Source: Xylographa opegraphella (Eukaryota). Taken from it: DNA of 64,000 nucleotides. Shown here piece after piece: positions 12,703-25,700 of the stretch (positions within the stretch are counted from its first letter, which is position 1; the number at the start of each line of letters is the position of its first letter). The DNA lies in contig JALDZX010000034.1 in the NCBI GenBank assembly GCA_022813865.1, positions 1 to 64,000 of the forward strand, read 5' to 3'. The notes beneath the pieces were generated by a model that did no database searches, was not told the DNA's origin, and worked only from the letters and a program-made list of their open reading frames with translations. Position numbers and translations under genes: made by a program.

Positions 12703-12862
12703 GTGCTGGAGTTGTGAAGATTGGCCACCAGGACGAATCTTGGAACGCCGCTACTGCACTGGAAAGTGGGAATCATTTTGGTGTGCTGGAGTTGTGAAGA
12801 TTGGCCACCAGGACGAATCTTGGAACGCCGCTACTGCACTGGAAAGTGGGAATCATTTTGGT
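12703..12862. repeat. Perfect 80-bp tandem duplication (2 copies)
   Basis: 12703-12782 is identical to 12783-12862 (gtgctggagttgtgaagattggcc...gggaatcattttggt). Confidence 0.97.
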
Positions 12863-13115
12863 CGGTAGAGTAGACTACATTGTAAAGAATGCATATTGGA
12901 ATAATCATTGTCGATTGCACACACCTTGATCTCCAAATCTGAGAAATGCTCGCTGACAGTCGCGCTATATACATAGTCGCCATGCTCGGTGCGATGGATA
13001 TCATATTGTGCACAGGAAAGCCCGCTGGAAACCCCATACTCGATTCGAGATACGTTGCAAATGCTCGCGCCGACATCACGTCCGTAGCTATCAACACCGC
13101 TGTGTGTAGATCCAC

Positions 13116-16100
13116 TCAGACGAGAACCCATTCGCTACCTCGCTTCACAAACTTATCCAGCATCATACCGATGTCCGCCAACACAAATCGACATATGTAA
13201 AAGCCGAAGAACTCCGCGGCGTGTCGTGTACTGAGCTCGAGGCCAACATGCGTTTGCGAGATATGCTTCAACCCTGGATCTTCGACCTGCCGCGCAATCT
13301 GATCTACACAGCGCTCGCGTTAGTGGGCATAGGATAGCATTGTAGGGAGGTATACTAACCAAGAACCTGCGCCGCATCGCAAAGCCTTGCCAGTGCAGCC
13401 ATATAGTGCGCGTGCGGGCCGATCCCTTGTATCCTTCCGGTTTCCCTTCTTACAAATCTCGCATTGCTCGAAGATGTCATGGGCAAGGAGCGCATCGTCA
13501 GCGTCTCCCTTGTGCCATCCTTCCGTGCGATGCTGTTGGTGGTGGTGGGAATGCCTGGTCCGGAAGAGTTCTTCGATCGCAATTTCCGCCATGTAGACAA
13601 GTAGGATTTGCTGCTTGTGTTCGTGCTCCTCGACGCGAGCGTTTCGTTCTCGTCGATCGTTGGAGAACCCTTGAACATGGCGATGGAGCTATGGATGCCG
13701 ACATCGCCGCCTAGTCGCTTCGCCAACACGGCTTGAACTTGGTCCAACACGAGTTCGAATGACTGCATTTCTTCCAGCACCGCATCGGCATCCAAGGTGT
13801 CGACCTTGATCAATTTGAGCAGCGCTGCAGTCAGTAAGTCACAACTCGACACTTTGTCATCCACGTTCTTGAGCTTCACATTCTTCACTCGCCAGATGTC
13901 CCGTGGTACGAACAATCTCGTAGAAATATATCCCCCGCGCGGGTTGACCATGGTGTGGTATATACATCTCATCACCCAGAATGGTCGCAGAAGGAATGAT
14001 TCGGGGCAAGGCTCCAGAGGGAGCGGGGCATTGATGGTCGAGAGGCTAGGAGTTCCAGGCTCATGAGGAGAATGTATATCACTATCGAAGAAGTGTATAC
14101 CTCCAAATGGTAACCTACTTGCCCCGAGTTTCGTGGTTGCCGGATGAGGCAAATCCGGAACAGCAGGTACTGGACCGGTGTATGCCTGCGACCCGGATGA
14201 GAATGCTCGTGAAAGTGGTGTGCTTGGCAGGTCGTCGAAGGAACTGGACGCGGTGAGGGATTGCTTGATAGACCGTAAGCTTGAGGACGAGAAGTTCTTT
14301 CGCAAGGTTCCAGGACCTGTGATGGTTCTGTTCGATATACGGGACGGGGAGTTTGGAACGGGCATCGTTTGGCTGTCACTTCCGTTGAGAACCGTCCTGC
14401 TCGAGGCAGATGTGGCAGAAGAAACAGCAGAAGCGGACTCCACTGGACTAGGACCCGGGAATGAAGCATTGACCTGACGCGTCCCGGCGTTAAGACCAAG
14501 TGGCTTGAGCATCATGTTGGAAGCACTCTCCTGTGAATCAGCGACCAATGACGCTGACTTTGGAGGTTCGGTGACGCCCGAATCAAACATTTCGGAAGGC
14601 AAGATCAAAGAAGGCTGGGTTCTCGGCGCAGTCATACCGGGGGGAAGTTTAACACCTGTATCGATCTTTAGCTGTTTCGCTCTCAAGACAGAGAGTCTCC
14701 GCTCGCGAACGCTAGGGCTTCGACTGATGGCGAGTACTGGTGGTGTAAGAGCGGCGACCGGTGGACGCGGTGTCGGTTCCGAACCTACAAGTGCGCGAGG
14801 CGCAGGAGGGAGAGCACCGGATGGAGGAGGATGAAGTGGTGGAGGAGGAGCTTTCGACAAAATCTGAGTAGGTAATTCTGGTAACGGTGAAGCCTCCGTA
14901 ACAGTAGACAACGTTGTCCTGGCAGTATTTGGAATTGATCCAATCGAGCTCCCCCATGTACGTCCGGAGAATCCGCTCGAATCCGATTGGCGAGGTAAAG
15001 CAGATTTGGTCTGCATTTCATACTCAGTGTCATCCAAAATATAGCCTTGGGTCATTTCCTCGAGTAGCCTTTCTTCTTCCTCTGCTTCATCATCATCGTA
15101 ATCGGCATCCATGGCCTCACTGCTGTTCGTCGATATAGACCTTTCGATGCGGCGGTTCATTTCCTGTTCCTGAGCTACAGAGACTGCTATTTTATCTTCA
15201 GTTTCCCTGGTACGATCCTTCGCTACTTCCGTGTTTCTGCTAATATCCGAGACGTTTTCAGGATCCCGAAGCAATGAGTGTACTTCGTGTGGAGGATCGA
15301 AAAGGCTCTCTGCATCTGGTTCAAACCCATCATCATAGGCTGCCTCGACAGCGGCATCAAGCGCGGCATCAAATTCGGCTTCTGTCGCACCACTCGGTGC
15401 CCGAATTCGTTTACGCCGCAAGCCTACAGATGACGATCTTGAGTGGATAGAAGACGCAGAGGAAGCGCCCGATTCGTCTATTGTATCAAGCCAAGATGTT
15501 GATTCTGCAGTTTCTTGTCTCATATGTTGCGATCGTGTAGTTCCAGGCGCTGGAAGCTTTGCTGACCTGAAGATGGCTGGATCGTCTTGTTCAAGCAGGC
15601 TAGGCGAGATGGGTCGTCGTGGTGATAGGGGCGGAGGCATATATTCCTTTTCCATTGGCGTCGCGAGGCTTAGTAAATTGGTCTCAGGGATAGTTCCGTG
15701 TGGATTTTCTATAGACCACGGATCCAGAGGCGTGAAGTGTTCTTGCATATTGGCAGTTGGAGTCAATCCTCCATCGTCCTCGAGAGACGAAGGCATAAGA
15801 GATTGCCTGCGTGGGGGGTGCTGTTCTCTTTGTAGTTCTGGCGACAATCTTCGAGTCGAAAACCGAGAATCATCTTCTTGTGCCGCAGTTGTGGATTGAA
15901 GAACGGCTGAATCTTCATCCTCAGATTCCGTGATTGGCGAGAATGGGTCTTGACTTCTGATACTATTGCTATGTCGCATTGGGACATCTGGCAATGCTTT
16001 ATCGTTTACGTGAAACAATTCAAGTTCGCTGGTCTGAAGCTCTGCAACTCTGTTCATGTACGTATTTCGCTGGAAATGGTGGGTCAACAAATTTTTTCAA

Positions 16101-17279
16101 CACATCTTCTCAACACCAGACGAAATGACTTACAATGGCTTCTAACTTTCTACGGTCATCCTCACCAGAACTACGAATCATGACTTGTTGCAAGAGGTCA
16201 CAAGCATCATCATAAGCTGCCACTGCTCCCTCGAAATTTGCTGCATGATCCAGTAGCACTGCATGATTCGCCTTCTGAAGAGCCTTTGAAAGCATTGTCT
16301 TCTGTGAAGGCGCTTTTCGACGTCGTCTTCTGTCGTCTTGGCTTGGTATAGAAGATGTCGAGCTCTCACCTTCTGTACCTCCGCTACTCTTGTGTGCATG
16401 TTCATGGGGTTTGGAGTGACCTGCTTTCGATGGCTGAGAACGCGGTTTATATTGAGCATTTGACGACTCTCGATGGTCCCAAGAAGGATTCACAACGGAC
16501 TCGGCAGGAGCATGAGAGGGTTTTGGGCCTTCGGGTCGTCGGTGCCTTGAGGGCGAGCTTGCAGAGGAAGAGATCACCGGTGTTTTGTTTCCATCATTTC
16601 TTTGCCTCGGCGGTGACCTATTTGTCCATTTGTCCCCGAAGTAGTCACCTGAGCCAGGAGCGAGAAGGTCTGCCGTTGCAGGAGTAGTGAGAGGCCCAGT
16701 TGAAGGTGTATTCGCAGATTGCACGGCGTGCGACAATGTAGACAGAGTTACGGCAGATGCAAAACGAGTAGACTGGCGGGTAGCGCCTGTGTTCTGCGGA
16801 GCCTTCTGGGGACTGCCTGTGGGAGACGACTGTGACTTCTTCAAAAATCCTTTACTTGACGTGGGCGACTGTTGATTCCCGAAGGGTGCCAGAGAGCCGA
16901 ATGACCCAGACAACCTCCGTGCAAAACTATTCCTCCGCTTATGGGTGTTTACGGACGACTTGCTCGACACCGTAGATTGTGACCATCTATTCAAATTCCC
17001 CATACCTTCAGAGATTCCACCCAAGCTATTCGACCTGCTGTGGCTCGCGGCTGGTCGATGGGAAGCTTCCGGTGACAGCGGCCGTGTGGATGAATTCACG
17101 TTTGTGATCTTAGCCACTGGACTTCGAGATCTCATCGTCGATCCCGCAGGCCGAATGCCAGTACGGTTTGAAATGGTGGCGGCCCGTTGTACAAAAGCCC
17201 CGACAGTGGGTGCCTGCGCCGGCACGGGCTTTGTGGACTGCCGCTGTGGTGCTGACGGCTTCGCCAGCACAGAAGCCAT
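13116..17279 (-). CDS. MIT-domain-containing protein (fungal family); 3 exons, 5' end uncertain
   Basis: MIT motif QKTMLSKALQKANHAVLLDHAANFEGAVAAYDDACDLL..EAI|RNTY across an intron. Long low-complexity middle. C-terminus LRPFWVMRCIYHTMVNPRGGYISTRLFVPRDIW...LELSTRHAAEFFGFYICRFVLAD..DKFVKRGSEWVLV*. Confidence 0.85.
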
Positions 17280-19229
17280 GGCTTTTGAATCTATAGTCCT
17301 AGATGCCTGATTTTTCCTGCAGTCTACTGGCCCGGCGGATCAAGGCGAAGACGGCTGCATGTGTACTGTCCTAGACGAGGGATCATACCACGAGACCGGG
17401 CATCGTCGCGACTGGCGACACGCTTGGCTGCTTGGTTTTGCCAAATTCGATTCACCATCCGATCTCTGATGTTCCTGTCCTTCTAGCCACACACTCTCGT
17501 CTCGAACTCTCCGAACGATGTTCCAGCTCGGGTATTGCTATTCTTCGTCGCTGACGCCAGGGGCTTCTTGACGGGAGTCGTCGAGAGAGCTAGCGATCGC
17601 GACAATCGAACGACCGAATCGTTATCGTCGGGTGGAGAGAGATGATGCGGCCGAGCGCTCAGGGGAGTCGGATCGGGGGATGGATGAGGCTGGTGAGGGA
17701 GAGCAAGGAGGTTGCTGGTGCTGGTGCTGTTCGGGATCGAGTCAGGCCAGTGCTCCTTGGCTGCCGCGGCGGGTCTGAGAGTCTTAGCGAATGGCGTTGC
17801 GCGCAGGGGGGTGGTTGTTGTTCGTGTGGTATGCACGAGGAGGGAACACCTACATGGTAATGCGCCCGAGGAGAGAGGTAGTCTCGGGAACTCAAGGCTG
17901 TTTTAGGGAGCATGCGTAGACAGTACGGAGTGGACTGCGACTGCTCTGCTGACAGGAGCAAACCCTACGTTACGATGAAGCGTCAAGAACAGAAGGAAGG
18001 CGGCATGGAGGCTCAACCGTCCAAGGATTGACTTGCGCAATGGAGTAAAATACCTATGCAACTTACAGCCACTCGGCTAGGGTAGTGCGGTACGCTTGCA
18101 GCAGCCGGGGCGTAATATTACACAAGTGCCTCAACTGAGTCAGCAGTCACGAGGCAAGCGCCCAGAAAATTTCGGTCATCTTTTCTTCGGCAACGACTAC
18201 GCGAAGAGGCTGGCTCCTTCTAACTCGTCCAGCAAGATACCTGTGTTTGCTGTCTGGCTGACCTCAGGCCGGTGTTCTCGTAAAGTTTGCTACTCTTACC
18301 AACCACCAACCTCCAATTCCGCTTGAGGGCTATGGGGGCGGAGGCATTTCACGCAAAGATTTTCTTGTCCGACCACCGTCGAGTGAGATCCTCCGAGCTT
18401 GAGCGCTCATAAATATTAACTTGGTTCCCAATAAAACCACTATGAAGACACAAGCCGATTGGGAGACGAATGGATAGTATGAGGGTCTGTGGCGTCAATC
18501 CAACCGTACCTCAGTCCAACGTGCGAAGTCCATCCCTCCAAAATCCTAGACTGCTGGTATCGTGTATCTCTGTGGATCAGCGCTAGAGCGACGGCGCAGT
18601 TCTATTGATCTGACAAGGCGATGGTGTCTGCCAATTGAATGGGCCAGATACCAGATGAATTTCACTCATTGTTGACAGGAGCACTGAACACATGATGATC
18701 GCATGTTGGCATGCGTCGTACCTAATTTTTGTCCTTACTTACGCCCATCTCACGTTGCACAGGTTCGATCAATGCATGTAAGGAATCTGGTTTCACAGTT
18801 TTGTTCTGCATATTCCGAAGCTGCTGCTATGAAACTGCGAGATCCAACGTGTGATTTGCGACCTCGAGGCAGATTCGACATCCTCATGTGCACACGCACA
18901 TCAAGAAAACAGAAGTCTTCCTGAGCATCCCGGCAAGCATTATGATCTCAAAACACCGTACTGTGTGAGGCCTCCACGCTTACGTGAGTACATGAATGAC
19001 AAGAACCTTCGACTGATAACTGTTGTACAAGTTGAACCACCCCCATATTCCCATAAGCCAACCAGATGGTGAAGGCTTCCCACGACCTGGACAGTATGAC
19101 AATGCTCATTTATCTGCTGAACATTATCCTTAATCTAGCATCGCAAACGTACCAAAGACGTCCGTACTGCAGGACGGCCCAAGGATCAGCTGAAATAGCG
19201 TCCATCTATGAGGAGTGTCCGCTCAAGGG

Positions 19230-21552
19230 TCACACGTTCTTGCCACAGCCACCAGCAAATTCATGGTCAATCTGCTCCAAGACTTCTTGAACTTCGTCCC
19301 CGCCCCGTGGCAGACCGCGTACCAACGTCCTCTTCTTTCTTGCCGACCGCTCTGACGACCTAGGAATGGGGGTTGTATCGTAATCATCGAGCTTACGCTT
19401 GGCTACCCTGGCAGAGTCTGCTCTTTGCCGCACTGCCTTCTTGTCGACCGAATCTTCTTTACTGGATAGCTGCCTGCGACGGAGGAGGCTTCCATAACCT
19501 CCTTGGACGGAAGTCGTCTGGACGGGAGTCGTCTGCACTGGGATCGTTTGCACTGCGGTCTTCTGGGATTGGATGCTATTGGGTGAGCAAGTGGGTCCAC
19601 ATTGGCGATAAAGGTCTCTCGTGAGAAAGTTATCCGACCTTTTCGTGGAATATGACATCTCTTGGCTGATGTTGGCGTCGATATCGTATGCTTGGTGATA
19701 AGCATATGGAAAGATGATGATCATTTCATTCTGCTCCTGCACAACTTGTCTATAGACTACGCCGAAAGCTTCCAGGGTAGGTCCAGGCACGTAGAGCCTT
19801 TTATGGTCCAAGAATTTGTCACATTGCGGTGGAAAGTGCGGTCTGGTCCCTTGTTCAGTCTCAACTAGGTCTGGCGAGGTCACCATATGCATTATCTCTT
19901 CGAATTTGACATGCTCGAAAGGCTTCACAACCGTCCAAACCTTTGCAGCCCCCTGCTGCTGTCAGTACCATACTCTATTGGCGTTGTAAGGATGACTATA
20001 CCTTGTGAAGATAACTTATCGAGTACGCCGCGCTCTTGTTTATACGCATACCACACACAACTCCTTCGCTTTGTGCAACGTGTATCTGCGCCGAATCGGT
20101 GCTTGGGGCTGTGGACAGGCGCTCTTTCGGAGTCTCATTGGGAAGTTTAGACAACTCAACAGTGTTCAATCCCAAAGCATAGCGTATGCGGGCCATATCT
20201 GGATGTCTTCTTAGCTCCGCCGTTGGGAAGGAAACGCACTTTGCTTACTGAACTCGTTAGCTGTTTTCATTGTGTAGGATGACGAACTCTGTGCCATTTG
20301 CATTCTAGCAAGAAACTCCCGTTCTTTGCGGTCGAAATCAAACCCGCTTTTCACAGAAGCTGATGCATGGAGTTGAATACGACTACTAGTATACTTTACA
20401 TTTTTTTGCCCTTTAGAGTTCACCTCATACATGTCAATGTCACCGTGATTGGTGACTTTCTTCATGCTCTTGGAATGCCTCGTGCATAGCAATTGATCTG
20501 GATTTAGGGCTTCAGTTGGTCGGCGAGTCCCACCCGAAAGACGAGGCAGGATTATTTTCACGACTCCACAATCACGTCCTGCAGCTTCCTCTAGCAACTC
20601 TAGGTAGAGTGGGAATTTTCGAGCGAAATCAGAGAACGCGAGATCGTTGTATTTGAAGTTGAGAACGCAAACGCGCTGCTCCACGCTATAGATACCATGG
20701 TGCTCTAGTTCTGTTAAAGCTGGAACCTGGCTGACTTCATACTCGTGGCCGTGGGAACTGGGGATCCCGTATTTCGTCAACGCCAACAAGCCTTTTGTCT
20801 CCTCTGGTGAAGGTGTGTAATCAGTGGTACTTTCGTGGCAAGTTGTTTAGGTAGCAGTCTTACGTTTTCTTCTAATCCAATCGTCCCACGCCTGACGTTT
20901 CTCGGTCTCACGCGCTGAGCTCTCTTGCATAATAGGACTGGGATCCTGCCTTTTTGGGATCCTTGAGGGCGTGACCTTAGTCACGTACAAGTCCAGACAC
21001 GTATCAGAACACGAGGTGTCGTCGTTGTCAACGAAATCCTCCTTTCTCTGCTCAGGTGCTTCGTACACGTATGTATCGTCGTCTAAATTGTCCCAACTGC
21101 CTTCTACTTCATCGCGGTCTTTTTTCGGTGATGGGAGCTCAGCATTGGCTATCTCTGCAAGTTTTTTCGTCGTTGCACGGGTTCTGCGTGCCGGAAGTCC
21201 CTGGAATAGATCTTCCTGGAATTCACGCGTGTCGATGATATTCGCGTCTGAGAGTGTTGAGGTTTGCAATGAAGCCTCTTGTAGCAAAGATATTGCGTCC
21301 AATTCCTGCATGGAATCTTCGTTATTATCGGGTTCCGTCAGAAGCTCGCTCTCCTCTGTCTGAGTGTCATGTGGAGCTTCATGACCGACTCGGATGGGTA
21401 GGGAAGTTGTTGAAGCGGGTGAACTCTGAGCTTGGTGGCTCACGCTTTTGGTCATGCTGACGCGTTACCGTTAGCAGCGTCTCGAGTTGAAATTAGATGA
21501 TTTACTTGGCGTTCGCGTCTTCGTCCAGACTTGTCACGTCTCCAGGCTTCAT
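19230..21552 (-). CDS. Divergent JmjN+JmjC (KDM4/Rph1-like) protein, predicted catalytically inactive; multi-exon, 5' end uncertain
   Basis: Spliced product has JmjN-like FSDF..YLELLEEAAGRDCGVVKIILP, then YSISYLHK|GAAKVWTVVKP, CDKFLDHK, TLEAFGV, VVQEQNEMIIIFPYAYHQ and RQCGPTC. Introns near 21505-21457, 20863-20804, ~20250-20199 and ~20001-19953 all have GT..AG ends and keep the frame. Confidence 0.82.
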
Positions 21553-22741
21553 GACAGCTTGCTTGAGCACAGCTACCGTCTCAGCAACGATTGTACGTTA
21601 TCAGCACCTCCTGGCTGTGGACCCAAAGGGTATGATACGGAAGCTAGAAGCAAATACAGAAATCAGCAGAGAGATCAGCACTTGACTGCCCTATCTGGTG
21701 GTGGATGCGAACTGGATGCGGGAGCACGAATAAGTAAACAACCACCAGGCTACGCTACTGCGCACAACACTCGAAGGTGTGCCGAGCTTCTGGAAGGAAA
21801 GTAGCAGCAGCCGGAACAAGCGTGCCGGCCTGCAACACAGTCGTGTGAAGGAAGCACTTCCCGTTCGATCAACACTTCTCGCCTTTCGACAGTCTCATTC
21901 GTGCGTCGAGCCTCGTGACATGATACTCCGCTGGGTTACAACAGGGTTGGAGGGGAAGCTTGAAGATATGAATGATCTCATGGCTTCCATGCTGGGGATA
22001 CTTGCAGAGGCGATTACTGTTCTCCTGCTGGCGTAGGAGTTTTTGGCTGCTGGACGTATCGCACGTCTGGGGTTTGTGCTTGGCTCTGCTATGCTGGTCA
22101 AAGGGGTCCAGTCATTGCAGGCCTATGTCCTACTACTTGCTCTTGCTTGGGGGATTATTGTAACAAGTATCAGTTCGGGTACTATCACGTAGGTGTTGTA
22201 TAGGTCTAAGATATATCTGACAAGGATCTGTTCCGGCATGAGTGTTATGGGTCCGGAGAGACTACTTGCCGTTATCGATTGGGGATTGACAACCGTGATG
22301 AAGATGAAGAATTGTCTCTTGATGGATGACATATGTGTATACTGCAGAATGGGATTATGGATATAGCTTGTGTTCATCAACAGCATCCCATTCCTGTGGC
22401 CATGATATCCTACACGATTAACACGTAGTCTGGTCGAGAAGCCTCGAGACGTCACAAAGATCACTCATCGCACAGATTATGGTTCGTTCGTGTATCGAAT
22501 CGAGATGAAAAAGGAAATCAAGTTCGCTTGGATGTGCCATGCACATCCGGGGTATAATCTCAACTCACTCATCAACCCAATGCACCCACAGATGCAAAAC
22601 CCCACGCAGAAGCATCTATAAATGCAAAAAACCCGCATGCAACAAATGCAAAGCCCAGAACATTCCTACGCGCCCACATAAACCCTAGCAACTTATCCAC
22701 CTCCTCGTCAGCCTGTCTCCCATCTCCCCCACCCACAGCAT

Positions 22742-25700
22742 TCACGTGCTCGGCCCCAGCCTCAGAGTGGCATAATCTTGTGCCAACTGCTCCGGTGTCT
22801 GCAACTCGCGTTTGACGACCTGGAAGTCGCTGGTCTGATCGTCCAGGTACAGTTTAAGTCCCGTACGGTCTTCGTAGATGTTCACGTCGATGGTCTTGGT
22901 TGCCAGGAAATAGTACACCTTGATGACATTGGCACTTTGGCCGAATCTCCGAGCGCGGCCGATGGCTTGCTCGTAGCTTTGGTTGAAGGCGTGCTGGCTC
23001 TCCTCGTGGAGTGGCGAGATGAACATGACGTGGTTGGCGCTGGTGAGGTTGCTGGGTCATTGTTAGCACTTCTCTTAGCAAAACGTGAAGAAGGTGACTG
23101 ACTGTCCAGCGGCGCATGCACTGCCTACGTTGAGCATCAAGACCGTCACCCTGGGTTGTCCCCTCTTGTCTTTCGAGCCGTCCTTGAATTCCTGCAACAT
23201 CTTGTCCTCTCGCTTGGCATCCTTCGACTCGCCGGTAATCGTGAAGAATGTTATATTGCTTGCCTGAAATGCCTCTGACAGAGTTGCCATCATGTCGACA
23301 AATTGAACAAACAGCAGAATCTGTCCATTCTGATCCCTGATCTGTTTGATCACTCCGATGATATCCTCAATTTTCTTGCCGTAGTACACGGGACCTTTGA
23401 CATTGGTCTCCCCGGGTATCAAGTCCCCGGCATGGTTGACGTTGTAGTCCAGAGCCCCGGCGGTACATCCCTGCACTCCACAGACAGACCCTCTAATACT
23501 GTCTCTTTTGAGACATGTCTGACATCGGATGTGGCCACATTGACCAAGAAGATGGAGTTCCGTAATATGGCGGACGGGAGGATGCGCACAGTGCTGCTTG
23601 AAATGACCGGAGGATGCCCATTGCCGAATGTGATGGAGGCTGAGAAAGAAGCGCAGCATTCTTTTCCTAGCAACATACTCTGTAGTCATCTTGTGCAACT
23701 GCTCCTTCTGGTCACGTAACGCCTTCACAGCTTTCTCGATTTCTTTCTTTCCAACGACTTTCTTTGACTCGGGCAACTTACGTGCTGCTTGATTCGCAGT
23801 TTTTATCAGAGCCAGCATTGTGGCTGTGGCCTCTCCGTCGCCGTATGCATTGTTATTAACATACACTTTCCATGCTGCGTAGTGAGTGTCATGGTCACCA
23901 AGACTGTGCTTTTGGAATTCTGCAGTCTGTAAAGCTGCTCGAATGGCAATTAGTTGCATTCGAACTTGGGATTTACGAGCCTCTACTATCTCGGCACTGG
24001 CGTTGAACTCGTTCCTGGGTTCCTCACATGACGTGAGGGCCGAGCCTTCCTTCGGCATGAGAGGTCGAGTGAACATCCTGTTCCTAAGTTTATTACGTGA
24101 CGTTATTCGTGATCGAGAGCAGCTTTTCAACAGAGCTTCTTCCGAGGATTGACTGGAAGTGATCTCCTTGAATAGGCGCCTTACGTGGTCATTGTCGACG
24201 CTTACTCCGCTTCCAGTGCGTAGTTGCATTTCTTGCCCATAAAGCCGAACTTGTAACTCGATATACTGTGCTCGCTCCGATGAAGAAAGAATGCACTGTT
24301 TGTGGATATGTTGAGTTTCTGGCAGAACGACCACAGGCTCATTCTACAACAACGTCAGTCATTTGTGACTAGAAGAACCAATTGATACCCACCTGACGGG
24401 CAAAGATATCCAGGAATTTTTGTGCGTGGGCATGTTGGTCCTCATGCCAGCCTTGTGATCGATCCTGACATAGGCTTCTAAAGCTCTCGGCAGCTATTCG
24501 CGGTTAGAACATCGTACTTGGACATAGATCGTCGCCCTTACCTGTTCGGACGTTTCCCACCGATCTAGCATTCTGGCTCTTCCAGTTATCTCCAGCGACA
24601 TCGTCGGCTCCAAGAATGACACCGATGAGTGTAGCGAGTGCCTTGACATCCGCGAAGCTATCTATCGCCGGTGTGCCAGACAATATCCACCGGGAGGAAG
24701 CGCAAAGGGAGCGCAGGAAATCACATTCCTTCGGAGATGCATAGGTATACTCGTCTACCACGATTCGGCGATAATGGAACATCTGGAAAAGAGGTCCTTT
24801 TAACCCTGAAAGATTCTTTGCGTTCTCCAAGTTGAATGGATCATCTTTCAGCCCGCTTCGTGACTTTGTGACGGTATCCTTTGCTGAAGAGCGTGCGTTA
24901 CCGAAATCTGGCCGATGCTTTTGATAGGCTGCGCCCTTGTACCGCTTCGAAGGAATTCGGCGTTCCAAGTTTGGGTCAGATTGAGCGATAGCCAATTCCT
25001 CGTTCAACTTATGTTGAAATCCCGACGGAAAGGGGCTGGCCATGAGAGATTCCATGTTCTTTTCAATTCGCTCTTTGGCGTTTGCCAGCCATACTGCATA
25101 TGCGCGACTCTGTATTGAGGGTGGAGGATCAGGCAGAGACGCAAAGCGGGCGGTTCGCTCCAGAAGAGCATCGTTTGTAAAGATGGTGTAGGCGACAATG
25201 ATAATATCGGCTTTAATGAAATCGTCAATGGTATATTTCGTCAGTTCCGGCTTGCTCCTAATCAACAGAACAGAGTAGTCAGATGTCAAGAACTTCTTGA
25301 TTTCACCTTGCCATTGCGTCGTGAGTAAAAATGGTGTAACAACGAGTGTAGCCTTAAGTGAGATGCGATTCTTTGCAGTCAGCACAGCCCTTGTCCGAGT
25401 TTTGTCGATGAGTGCCAACGTCGTGATTGTTTTGCCGTACCCAACTTTATCTGCAAGGAGACCACCTCGAGCTACACAGGCTCTAGTTGCTCGTGCCTGA
25501 GCACGCCACCCGAGGTATGGTAGACAAGCCTCTTCGATCTCTTCTTCTTGAAACTGGATGATAGAGTCTGTTTCTTGCTTGAGCATCCACCAAAGGGAAC
25601 ATCCTTGTTCATAACGAAGACGCGCGTTATTTTGACGGAATATGTATTGCTCTTGGGGGTCGGACTTGTTGCTAGGAATGGTGAAGCTGGGCATTTCTGC

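Noticed and set aside
17483..17836. 117-aa ORF upstream of the MIT gene
   Set aside because: Could be a 5' exon or uORF, but I could not establish a frame-preserving splice to the main ORF.
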